A stretch of 63,756 nt of DNA, the filler included, from Octopus bimaculoides (lineage: Eukaryota): NCBI RefSeq assembly GCF_001194135.2. It is 6 parts of 6 records of this genome, joined end to end, with 100 filler letters (N's around TTAATTAATTAA, not from the genome) between each part and the next. Parts side by side here need not be neighbours in the genome. Positions count along the whole stretch, not along the records: positions 1 to 9,011 come from NC_068985.1; positions 9,112 to 20,629 come from NC_069004.1; 4 more parts are not named here. One strand, 5' to 3'. Shown in pieces: positions 1 through 9,402 of the stretch; position 1 is the stretch's first letter, and the number at the start of each line of letters is the position of its first letter. Both the position numbers and the translations under genes were made by a program. The notes below the pieces were generated by a model. The model saw only the letters and a program-made list of their open reading frames with translations. It had not been told where the DNA came from and made no database searches.

Positions 1-21
1 ATATATATATATATATATATA

Positions 22-811
22 CCGTATATGCCGTATATGTGACTAGTTGTACATGACGACCCCTAGGATTTCCATTTAAAAAGTGGGTTATGAGCTATAC
101 TTACTGTATAAGACTATCCCAAGATTTCGTGTAAAATAGCTCGAGCGCCAAATGCGTGAGGTTCATAGCTAAAGGGCTCGGGTGAGCTGTAGCTTCTTCA
201 ACGGCTCCTGAAACCTCTGCTTTTTTGTGTTTCAATAGCATTTTAACTGTTACAATCAGAGATTGTACCGGTATATGCTGCTAATCTGCCGTAGCAGGTA
301 GATTATTTACCGTAAGCTACTCTTGTCTTGAAAGCCCTCGTCTGGCTGAGCGTTGTACAAGAGAGCGCTCTAACGAAGCAGTGTAAACAGAACGGACCCT
401 GGGACCCAGCTGAACGGACTGATTGCTTAAATTTTCTATTCGTCAGCTGTTGCAAATGGCAACTTGTGTCTGCCCACAAAGTTTGCTGTGTTGTTATTTT
501 AATATAATCTTACTATTCATCCAGCTTTCCAAACATACGTGTAAGTATCTGTTGAAAACATTGGGTTGTAGAATTACAGGATCTATGTGAATGCTTTACG
601 GTGTTCTCCATCGATATGTGCAAATATCAGTAGAAAATACTGCGCCGTAGAACCATAAGATCAATGCAAGTTCTTTACACTGTTCTCCATTGACATTGGT
701 GTTACTCTAAACCACAGGAAGTTAAGGTCCAGGTCTTATACGGGGTATATAAGACGCCCCCCCTAGTTTTGGGGTGAATTGTTAAAGTTCAAATTCCTTC
801 CTGTACGCCGG

Positions 812-822
<11 letters not shown>
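22..822. mobile_element. Putative non-autonomous Tc1/mariner-superfamily (pogo/Tc2-like) element embedded in (TA)n
   Basis: Flanked by TA runs. Starts CCGTATAT and ends TACGCCGGTATAT. Repeated subterminal TATAAGAC/GTCTTATA motifs at about 108, 733 and 747. No clear transposase. Confidence 0.35.
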
Positions 823-860
<38 letters not shown>

Positions 861-1239
861 NNNNNNNNNNNNNNNNNNNNNNNNNNNNNNNNNNNNNNNN
901 NNNNNNNNNNNNNNNNNNNNNNNNNNNNNNNNNNNNNNNNNNNNNNNNNNNNNNNNNNNNNNNNNNNNNNNNNNNNNNNNNNNNNNNNNNNNNNNNNNNN
1001 NNNNNNNNNNNNNNNNNNNNNNNNNNNNAATTAATTTACATTATATGTTTCGGTCTTTGTTGAAAAACCTTATCAAAAATGAGTATAAAATATGTGAGAA
1101 AAGAAGAGGGCTATTAATAAAATAAAATTGAAATTAAAATTAAGAATCACATTCATAGTTTACTGTTATTTCTTGCATGCACACGTGGTCCTTTCGTTCC
1201 CTTCTGAAAGCATGGTAATTCCAACTCGCTGTGATAGTA

Positions 1240-1306
<67 letters not shown>

Positions 1307-2024
1307 TAACGACAAGCCTCTTTCAGTTTCGGGACCAAATCTACTCACGGCTCCGGGCAGTAGTAGAAGACATTTGCTAAAGCTGCCGCACAATGGGACT
1401 GTTCCTAAGACCACGTGGTTGAGAAGCAAGCTTCCTTTCCACATAACTATGCATGCACCTATATGCTTAAATAAAATGAAAAACGTCAGGTGGGTGCCTA
1501 CGATTAGAACATAGGTCCGCTTGATCACAACTGTCCTGGAGCTAAACAAGTATAACTACACCATCAACAACAACAACAACAATGACAACAGCAACAAGGA
1601 TAACAATAACTGGGGTTTTCTGAGAAGGTTTTCTGTAATAAACTGTTCTGCGAGGAGATGTTTCTACTTCTTTTGGTTCGAGAAAACCTACAGATATGGG
1701 AGATATATGGACATTTTCTATAAAATTCGATAATAAAATTTCCGAATCGTGTAACATTAAACCCAGAAAAGTAATAATCTAGAAGGAATTTGGTAACCTG
1801 TTTAAGGAATTTGGATGAAGAAAGGAATTACTTAGCGATAACTCATTGAAGATTTTTCTCTTTAAACACTGATTCAATTGCTGATGCATTAGAGCGATTT
1901 CACTTTATATACCTTACGCCTATTCAAAGGGTTCAGGTTTAGGAATGAATATAAGCTATAAATCTCACTGCTTCTTATACTTCGACCTCAACAATATAAG
2001 CGATAAATCATAGACGTAGTTCGT

Positions 2025-2342
2025 ATATTTATTCTTTTATTCTTATATTCGTTTTACTGGTTTCAGTCATTGGACTGCAGCTGGGGCCCCACCTTAAAGG
2101 TTTTTGGACAATCATATCGACTGCAGTACTTATTTTGATCTGATACTTATTTAATCGATCAATATTTATCGAGCGGCTAGTTTACCTTTCACGTATATAT
2201 ACACACTTATACATATCCATGTATATGTAGATATGCATGGGTGTATGTGTGTGTGCGTGTGTGTGAGTGAATGTATGTCCGTGTATATGCATGCATGCCT
2301 GTATGTATGTATGTGCATGTAAGTGAGTGCATATATATATAT

Positions 2343-2373
<31 letters not shown>

Positions 2374-2512
2374 TACAAACATTTATGTACGCAGAGATAT
2401 ATATATATAGAGAGAGATATATACATTCATACCCGTATAGATATATGAGTACATATATACTTACATACACACACAGATAAATAGATAGATAGATAAATAG
2501 ATAGATAGATAA

Positions 2513-2571
<59 letters not shown>

Positions 2572-2810
2572 CGTACATACATACATGCATACATACATAC
2601 ATACATACATATACAAAACCACATTACCAAACACGCACTAATACGAGTGGCTTCCCAAAACTTCCCGTGTATCAAATGCTAATCTTCAGCTATTGGTAGA
2701 ACCGAAGCTGTTGTAGTAAACCTAACACAAGGTGCTACGCCGTGGGATTGAACTTGGAATCATGCCGTTTCTGACCGAACTTCTTAAGCACAAAACCACA
2801 AAACCACACC
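2025..2810 (-). mobile_element. tRNA-derived SINE family A with expanded internal microsatellite
   Basis: Tail motif TTTCAGTCATT.GACTGC.GC at about 2060 and head region (CAAGGTGC...GTGGGATTGAAC) at 2725-2760 match other family-A copies. The interior 2180-2620 is (CA/GA/GATA/TACA)n. Confidence 0.7.
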
Positions 2811-3059
2811 TGGTACATTTTCACGGTCAATTAGTATTTAACAGTAACAGAATATGAACTAACATGTCTTCGGTTTGTAGACCGGCGTTTTATCGATTCA
2901 GTTTCAACTGGTTTCGCTTATGATATCAAATATATCATTTCACTCAACTGAGAGTCCCTTGTGTCTACCTCTACACCAAAACACATTACATTAATCAAAC
3001 AAACGAGGTAGCCTACCGACCTTAGACCACCTCTTGTCCTATGACACAAACTTCTTGTT

Positions 3060-3320
3060 TTAAAATGGCCAAAATTAAAGCCACACACCAAAATGTTATA
3101 CTTATTTATGTCCCAAACACTTGCTTAATAATGACAACGCTATTCTACTGAATTTGTCATTATTTTCCAAATTAACTGAAATAAAAGCTGTGCATTTCTG
3201 CAGAAATATAGTAACAAAAGGTTTATAGTGGTCTAAATTAAAACCTTCCATCAAAATTTCATCCTATGAAACAAAAGCGGTGTTATTTTTCAACAGGAAT
3301 ATGGTAACAAAAGGATTTAA
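3060..3320 (-). mobile_element. Unclassified MITE-like repeat (TTAA-CCTTTTGTTACC end, piggyBac-like); related fragments at 13613-13772 and 22525-22640
   Basis: Shared blocks between the three loci (AATTTTGAAAATAA...TTATTAAGCTGGTGTTT.GAACATAAATTAACATGAAA). TTAA sits at one terminus (3317-3320). Confidence 0.35.
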
Positions 3321-3659
3321 GTGATCTAAAATATAATTTCCATCAACTCCACTACGGAACTTTGCAACAGACATTTCCATACAAGAATCGGTCTCATTAG
3401 TCATCGGAGGCATAAACACGGATAGAGGGGAAGAGGTGGTCAAGAAGAATCCAAATAGATTATCGGACACACGATGAAACACCGACGACTTACTTAATAA
3501 TGAGAAAGGTCTTTTTTTTTTTGTCCGTTTTTTTTTTTCTTTCTTTCTTACTAAAGTTTTCGTTAATTTCAAAATCAACTGAAGCAAAGGTATTATGTTT
3601 CGTCAGAAAAATGGTAACGAAAGAGTTCCGTCGACATTTGACTTGCAACAAATAATAGT

Positions 3660-3835
3660 GAAATCTACGTTAAATCACACTCTGCCATCTTAAGAAAAAA
3701 AAGAAGACGCTGGTTAATATAGTCTAAGATATACTAACTTTGTAAATAAGTGGGAATTGTCATGACTGGAACGCTTTTTACTTTAGGTCTGCTTGATCAG
3801 AACTGACCTGAAGCTAAACGACACCAGCAGAAATA
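3660..3835 (+). repeat. Interspersed repeat family D (unclassified); related copies near 1480-1560, 24245-24430, 27010-27180 (-), 33920-34010
   Basis: Shared motifs GCTAGAAATAG.AGC.AAATC and GGTCTGCTTGATCAG..CTGACCTG..GCTAAAC recur at these loci. Confidence 0.4.
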
Positions 3836-4092
3836 AGAGCTATAATACCATCAATCAATCTATAACAGAAATAAGATCGATATGACGATGAAAGATTTAC
3901 AAACGATTGTTTGTGATTATTTCGTGTCTATTGGTCTCTAAGATATACAAGACACCAATGAAAAGATATCTTTTGATATTAATGATATCAGCTTCTGAAG
4001 ATTCTCACATTGTCTTTATATTCTAACATTAAAAGGCTTCGTTTTCGCCCCACGAGACCTAAGTAATTTTTGAGATTATTATTTGCTTGTGG

Positions 4093-4228
4093 AAGGCGGC
4101 AAGCTGACAGAAGCGTTAATGCGCCAGACAAAATGCTTAGCGGCACTGGCGTCGATGTAATCGATTTATCCCTTCTAAAATTGCTAGCCTTGTGCTAAAA
4201 GTCGAATGCTATTGTTATTATTATTGTT
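4093..4228 (+). mobile_element. tRNA-derived SINE family B, internally deleted copy
   Basis: Head AAGGCGGCAAGCTG.CAGAA.CGTTA fused to tail GATGTAATCGA...GCCTTGTGC, then an (ATT)-rich tail. Confidence 0.7.
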
Positions 4229-4528
4229 CAGTAGTTTTATTTTTATAACGTGCTTTCACTTCACTACCGAGCGCAGCTCTGTGCGCCTTGGGTATGTGCT
4301 GTGGTTTGCTGTGGTGCTCTTATGGTTACTGTATTGAAAGTGTTTTGCGTAGAATGTGTGCAGTACCCAGTAGTGCAATTTTCTGTATGTTATATATATT
4401 TGTAAGTCCTGGTGTTTTTGTTATGTATTTGTCTGAATATTTTTTTTATTATACCTAAGGCACCTACTATGATAGGAATTGTTTCTCTTTTTAGATTCCA
4501 CATTCGAGTTATCTCTATTTCCAGGTCT
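4229..4528 (-). mobile_element. 5'-truncated R4/Dong-clade non-LTR retrotransposon (RLE endonuclease C-terminus plus 3' UTR)
   Basis: Minus strand reads DLEIEITRMWNLKRETIPIIVGALGIIKKYSDKYITKTPGLTNIYNIQKIALLGTAHILRKTLSIQ*, a typical RLE-clade C-terminus. Bounded by (AAT)n tracts. Confidence 0.85.
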
Positions 4529-4555
4529 ATAGAGATAACTCGAAAATTATCTCTA

Positions 4556-4618
<63 letters not shown>

Positions 4619-4620
4619 CA

Positions 4621-5163
4621 TTGAGAGAGCAGTGCATGCCATCAAAGTGATACTGGAGTAAAATATACGAAACCCACTATACCCATCATGACTACCCGTC
4701 TGATAAGGGTACACCAGGTACATGCATCACAACAATATGTGTGTGACATGATGATCTCATATCAAGATTAGCAGCGCATGACCTTGCAGGTAGAGCCCAG
4801 TTAGAATTTTCTATAAGTCGAGTAGCCCATCCCGCTCAAAAGATCCCTGAATAAGGGTTGTTTGAGGATGTTGAACGAAGCACCCATGTTTCCAGTGGTG
4901 AATTATCCAAAGCCCAAATAATTTCTTTCAACACATGGCTATGATGCTTCCCCACTACTTCTACTCATGATCAGATATGCACATATCGTCAGCCAACAAG
5001 GGACACGCTTACGGTCAGACAACTGACAAGCAAATCTGTGGTATTGAGCAGAATATTTGCTGTAGCCATCTTTTATACCAAGACAAAACAATGTACATGA
5101 TAACACTTCCAATCGATTAAGATCAGAAGCCATGAGAGCCACTGCCAGGTACTGCATCAGAGC

Positions 5164-5166
<3 letters not shown>
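4621..5166 (-). mobile_element. Unclassified (AAT)n-flanked interspersed repeat, family C (second copy 43866-44556); strand inferred from the adjacent Dong element
   Basis: Clear reverse-complement similarity between the two loci over about 550 nt. Both are bounded by long (AAT/ATT)n tracts. No coding capacity or tRNA head. Confidence 0.75.
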
Positions 5167-5246
<80 letters not shown>

Positions 5247-5250
5247 CTAT

Positions 5251-5590
5251 AAGGCGGCGAGCTGGCAGAAACGTTAGCACGCCGGGCGAAATGCTTAGCG
5301 GTATTTCGTCCTTCTTTACGTTCTGAGTTCAAATTCCGCCGAGATCGACTTTGTCTTTCATCCTCTCAGTTTCGATAAATTAAGTACCAGTTGCGTACTG
5401 GGGATCAATGTAATCGACTAGTCCCCTCCCCCAAAATTTCAGGCCTTGTGCCTATAGTAGAAAGGATTATTACTTGCTTGGTGAGCTGACAGAATCGTTA
5501 ATGCGTCGGATAAAATGCTTAGTGGCATTTCTTCCGGCTTTACGTTCTGAGTTCAAATGTCATCGAGATCTACTTTGATTTTCGTCTTTT
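5251..5590 (+). mobile_element. SINE family B, one full copy plus a partial tandem copy (central domain resembles the MetaSINE Meta domain)
   Basis: tRNA-like head with B-box GAGTTCAAATTCC; GTCGACTTTG.CTTTCATCCT...GATAAATTAAGTACCAG core; tail GCCTTGTGCCTATAGTAGAAAGGATTATT. Confidence 0.85.
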
Positions 5591-5757
5591 TGCGATATGT
5601 CCCTATATTTGTTTCTGATCCCATCATCTGCCGGGGCTTCCCACTTTATCATGTAAGTCATGCTGAGAGTTCACATCTCCGGTGTTACAGACATATGATT
5701 AGAATGTGGCAAGAAAGAATCGCAAGACGTATTCTTCAAGTCGAACCAACAGACAGT

Positions 5758-6146
5758 TGTTGTTGTTGGCACTCCGTTGTTTACGACGTCGAGGGTTCCA
5801 GTTGATCCGATCAACGGAACAGCTTGCTCGGGAAATTAACGTGCAAGTGGCTGAGCATTCCACAGACACGTGTACCCATAACGTAGTTCTCGGGGATATT
5901 CAGCGTGACACAGTGTGACAAGGCTGACCCTTTGAATTACAGGCACAACAGAAACAGGAAGTAAGAGTGAGAGAAAGTTGTGGTGAAAGAGTACAGCAGG
6001 GTTCGTCACCATCCCCTGCCGGAGCCTCGTGGAGCTTTAGGTGTTTTTGCTCAATAAACACTCACAACGCCCGGTCTAGGAATCGAAACCGCGATCCTAT
6101 GACCGCGAGTCCGCTGCCCTAACCACTGGGCCATTGCGTCTTCACT
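5758..6146 (-). mobile_element. Young, apparently full-length tRNA-derived SINE (family C1) with perfect 10-bp TSD
   Basis: TSD AACAGACAGT at 5748-5757 and 6147-6156. Head GCAATGGCCCAGTGGTTAGGGCAGCGG...GGTTTCGATTCC (A and B boxes). (CAA)n tail. Confidence 0.9.
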
Positions 6147-6287
6147 AACAGACAGTAGACCTAGAGGAAAACCGAGAACGAGGTGGTGCTTGGTTAAAAT
6201 CCATTGTTTCAGTTGGTTACCTTTGGAAATCCAACAGGAAAATCTAATGACGATTGCTTCTAAGACTCCATGAGAGGGGTCCCTGAG

Positions 6288-6438
6288 TAGGGTCGTCTTA
6301 ACAGCATTATAGGCCCCAAGCAAATCAGTTCTCAGGATTCTATGGGATTTATTTGTTGACAGCAAACGACAACATACATAGATTGGAACTTGGCCCTTGG
6401 ACAACTGCTCAGTGTATCCATACCTTAACACGGCACTG
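6288..6438. mobile_element. Short MITE, possibly PIF/Harbinger-like
   Basis: Imperfect TIRs AGGGTCGTCTTAA / TTAACACGGCACT. It interrupts the RTE tail. No clear TSD. Confidence 0.4.
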
Positions 6439-6662
6439 TTTCTGATGACTCTGTCCCAACGACCCTCCCAGGAATATTGAGCGGAAAAAACGGATAGATG
6501 CTTGCATTAGATTCGTCATGCAGTAACTGGATAATTATCATTTTGTTATAAATAAGACTGGATGAGTCAGATTGTTGCAAACTTAAAAATCTTCCAGATT
6601 ATAAACGGCGATTCGTATGGTGGTAGTAAACTTAGCCTGGTGATAATAGTATATTTATAATT

Positions 6663-7235
6663 CTGCGGCGAGCTGGTAGAATCGTTTGCACACCGGACAA
6701 AATGCTTACTGGTATTTCGTCTGTTGTTATGTTCTGAGTTCAAATTCCACCGAGGTCGACTTTACCATTCATCCTTTCGGGGTCGATTAAATAAGTACCA
6801 TATACGCACTGGGGTCGATGTAATCGACTTAATCCATTTCCCTGTCCTTGTTTGTTCCCTCTATGTTTAGCCCCCCTGCGGGCAATAAAGAAATAAATAT
6901 AGATAATATTTTAAGGCGGCGAGTTGGCAGAAACGTTAGCATGCTGGGCGAAATGCTTAGCGGTATTTTGTTTATCTTTACGTTCTGAGTTCAAATTCCT
7001 CCGAGGTCGACTTTGCCTTCCATCCTTTCGGGGTCGATAAATTAAGTACCAGTTGCGTACTGGAGTCAATCTAATCGACTGGCTTTCTGTTCTGAGTTCA
7101 AATTCTGCCGTGGTCGACTTTGCCTGTCATCATTCGAGGAGCGATAAAATAAGTACTTGTTGAGTATTGCAGGGTACGATGTAATCAAATAGCCCCTCCC
7201 TCAAAATCTAAGGCTTTGTGCCTATAGTAGAAAAA
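6663..7235 (+). mobile_element. Head-to-tail cluster of three SINE-B copies
   Basis: Copies at about 6663-6897 (alternative tail TTGTTTGTTCCCTCTATGTTTAGCCCC...AATAAAGAAATA), 6913-7085 and 7088-7235. Confidence 0.85.
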
Positions 7236-7730
7236 AGAAATGTTCAACTCTCTCTCTCTCTCAATATATATATATATATATACATTCTATTTGTTATATA
7301 TATATACATTACATTATATTTATTATATTTATATTATATATTATGTAATCAAATTATACCAAATATTTAAAATACGAAAATAGTTTAAAGGAAAAGAGGT
7401 TTTTCCGCGTTTTATTAAAAAAGTTTCAGTGTGTGTGTGTGTGTGTATGCGTGTTTGTTTGCGTGTGTGTGTGTGTATGTGTGCTCTGTTTATGTTTACA
7501 GTCTGAAAAGTCAGTACAATTTACGTCAATATTTTTTTTATGTTCTTTATCAGAGCTGGTTCAATATCTGTTATTATTGAATCAATATTTGAAAACGATG
7601 TTAATGGTTTTACTGTGGCTACAAAATGGCTCTTTAACAAAATTATGAAAAAGCTTTAAAATATTTCGTTATGGGCAACTGTACCAAGCAGTTAGCTATA
7701 GTAGATGTATTATATAGTTTTGTGTATTTG

Positions 7731-8940
7731 TAGGCTGACTATGAAGAAGTGATGTTAGAGATGTGAAATCTTGCATGCATTAATTTCAACCTTTTCTATT
7801 AAGAATTGCATTGCTTCTGTCCAGATAAACTAAGATCTGACTGTTCAAATAAGACTTCAGAAGTAACTGGTTGCGATATCTCTTTAAAAATCTGGTATCG
7901 TGGTTTTATCGAGTAACAGCATAAAAAGGATTTATTACCCAAGAACATTCATGCTGACATCATTAAGGGATGACGCACCAGCTTTATGAACAGTACAAAA
8001 GTGGTCAGCTAAATTTTGAAGGGTAAGGGGGGGGGTTCTTGAAGATGTTCCAATTTCTGGACATCCTGCAAGTGCCAACACCAAGGAAAACATTCATAAA
8101 TAAAATAGCCAATGCTATTACTTTATCCTGTGAGAGATTAGAGAATATTCTGCTCAACGAATTTGAGATGACAAAGGTTTCTACACGCTGGGTGCCACGT
8201 TTTCTGACACCCGATTAAAAGCACACCAGGCTGATCACATCATGGGAAATTTTGACATTGTTTCCTGCAGTTTCCTTGAACGTTTTTAAACTTGGGATGT
8301 GTTTTGGGTTCATCGATTTGAGCCAGTGACAAAGAGACAACCTGTGCAGTGAAAACACCAATCCTCACCTGCTCCAAAGAAGACCAAAGTCGTTTCTTCT
8401 GCAGAGAATGTGGAGGTGACGGCCTCATTAGTTTGATATGCAAAAAGCATTGTTTTAAATGACGATCTTGACAAGGGTCATGTCATCAAAGAAGAATATA
8501 ATGCCAACATGCTGAAGGAATTACGAAAGATCATCAAGACCAGTTGGCCATGAAAACTGACGAAAAGGATCTTGTTACATTATGACAATGCTCCAGTACA
8601 TAAATCGTTGGTTTGAATGATTGTTGAACATGACTGTGGCTTTAAACTGGTTGATCACCCTCTCTATTCTCCTGATTTAGCCCCATCTGACTATCGTCTG
8701 TTTCCCAACATGAAAAAGCACTTGGGCTGATAAAACCAATGTCAGAATGATGATGATGTCATAAGTGCTGTTGATGACTTTTGGGAATGAAAGCTTCTTC
8801 ACCAATGGATCAAAGTTCGACAAACACTGATGAAAGAAGTGTGTGATCCACGAGGAGGACTATGTTGAAAAACAAACCACATTTGGTCACATTCCAATTG
8901 TATCTTGATCAGCCTATGAGCTTTTCAGCCAACCTTCGTA
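7731..8940 (+). mobile_element. Mariner (DD34D-type) DNA transposon, decayed; transposase pseudogene about 7885-8875
   Basis: Fragments KVSTRWVPRFLT, DNAPVHKS, DHPLYSPDLAPSDYRLFPNMKKHL and GDYVEK, with many stops and frameshifts. Right TIR CAGCCTATGAGCTTTTCAGCCAACCTTCG followed by TA. The left TIR retains only TAGGCTGA. Confidence 0.92.
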
Positions 8941-8973
8941 CATACTCACATACATACATACATACATACATAC

Positions 8974-9011
<38 letters not shown>

Positions 9012-9111
9012 NNNNNNNNNNNNNNNNNNNNNNNNNNNNNNNNNNNNNNNNNNNNTTAATTAATTAANNNNNNNNNNNNNNNNNNNNNNNNNNNNNNNNN
9101 NNNNNNNNNNN
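9012..9111. other. Artificial 100-nt scaffold spacer (44N-TTAATTAATTAA-44N); identical spacers at 20630-20729, 40750-40849, 58191-58290, 60672-60771
   Basis: Exact same length and composition five times. The central 12-mer has stop codons in all six frames. Confidence 0.95.
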
Positions 9112-9167
9112 AAAATTGTTAATTATTAATTCTATTATTAATTGACGATTCCCTGCCCTTATTCTTG

Positions 9168-9198
<31 letters not shown>

Positions 9199-9201
<3 letters not shown>

Positions 9202-9400
9202 GGGAGAATATACAAATAATAACAACAGACGAGGACAGGTGGTGTAAATAACAAAAGTATATATTAGTATGACGCTCGGGAATACGGAAAGTCTTTGACG
9301 TTTCGAGCTACGCTCTTCAACAGAAAGAATACGGAGACAAGGAGAAAAACACGGAGAAAAAAAAAATTGAATAGTGTTCAGTCAACGGTCAATCATAATA
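9199..9400 (-). mobile_element. Penelope-like element terminal repeat (pLTR-like) with hammerhead-like motif
   Basis: Near-identical reverse complement of 55885-56082. Abuts (TA)n. Contains CTGTTGA-A-GAGC-GTA-GCTC-GAAAC-GTC at 9297-9323 (-). Confidence 0.7.
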
Positions 9401-9402
9401 AT

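Larger units (their letters stand above)
5640..6500 (+). pseudogene. Expander/Rex3-like RTE LINE 3' remnant interrupted by a SINE and a MITE
   Basis: Removing the SINE and one TSD restores HLRCYRHMIRMWQERIARRILQVEPTDS-RPRGKPRTRW (RTE C-terminal motif). The 3' end GACCCTCCCAGG...AGCGGAAAAAACGGATAGATG resembles Rex3/Expander tails. Confidence 0.7.

Noticed and set aside
4660-4725. Hammerhead in family C (GAAAC...CTGATAA)
   Set aside because: Core is CUGAUAA, with no stem III partner or NUH triplet and poor stem II.
6075-6146. tRNA gene (also other SINE heads)
   Set aside because: A and B boxes are present but there is no complete cloverleaf or acceptor stem; it continues into a SINE body with TSD.
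9056-9067. TTAATTAATTAA as piggyBac target or homeobox site
   Set aside because: Always centred in exactly 44+44 N: artificial linker.
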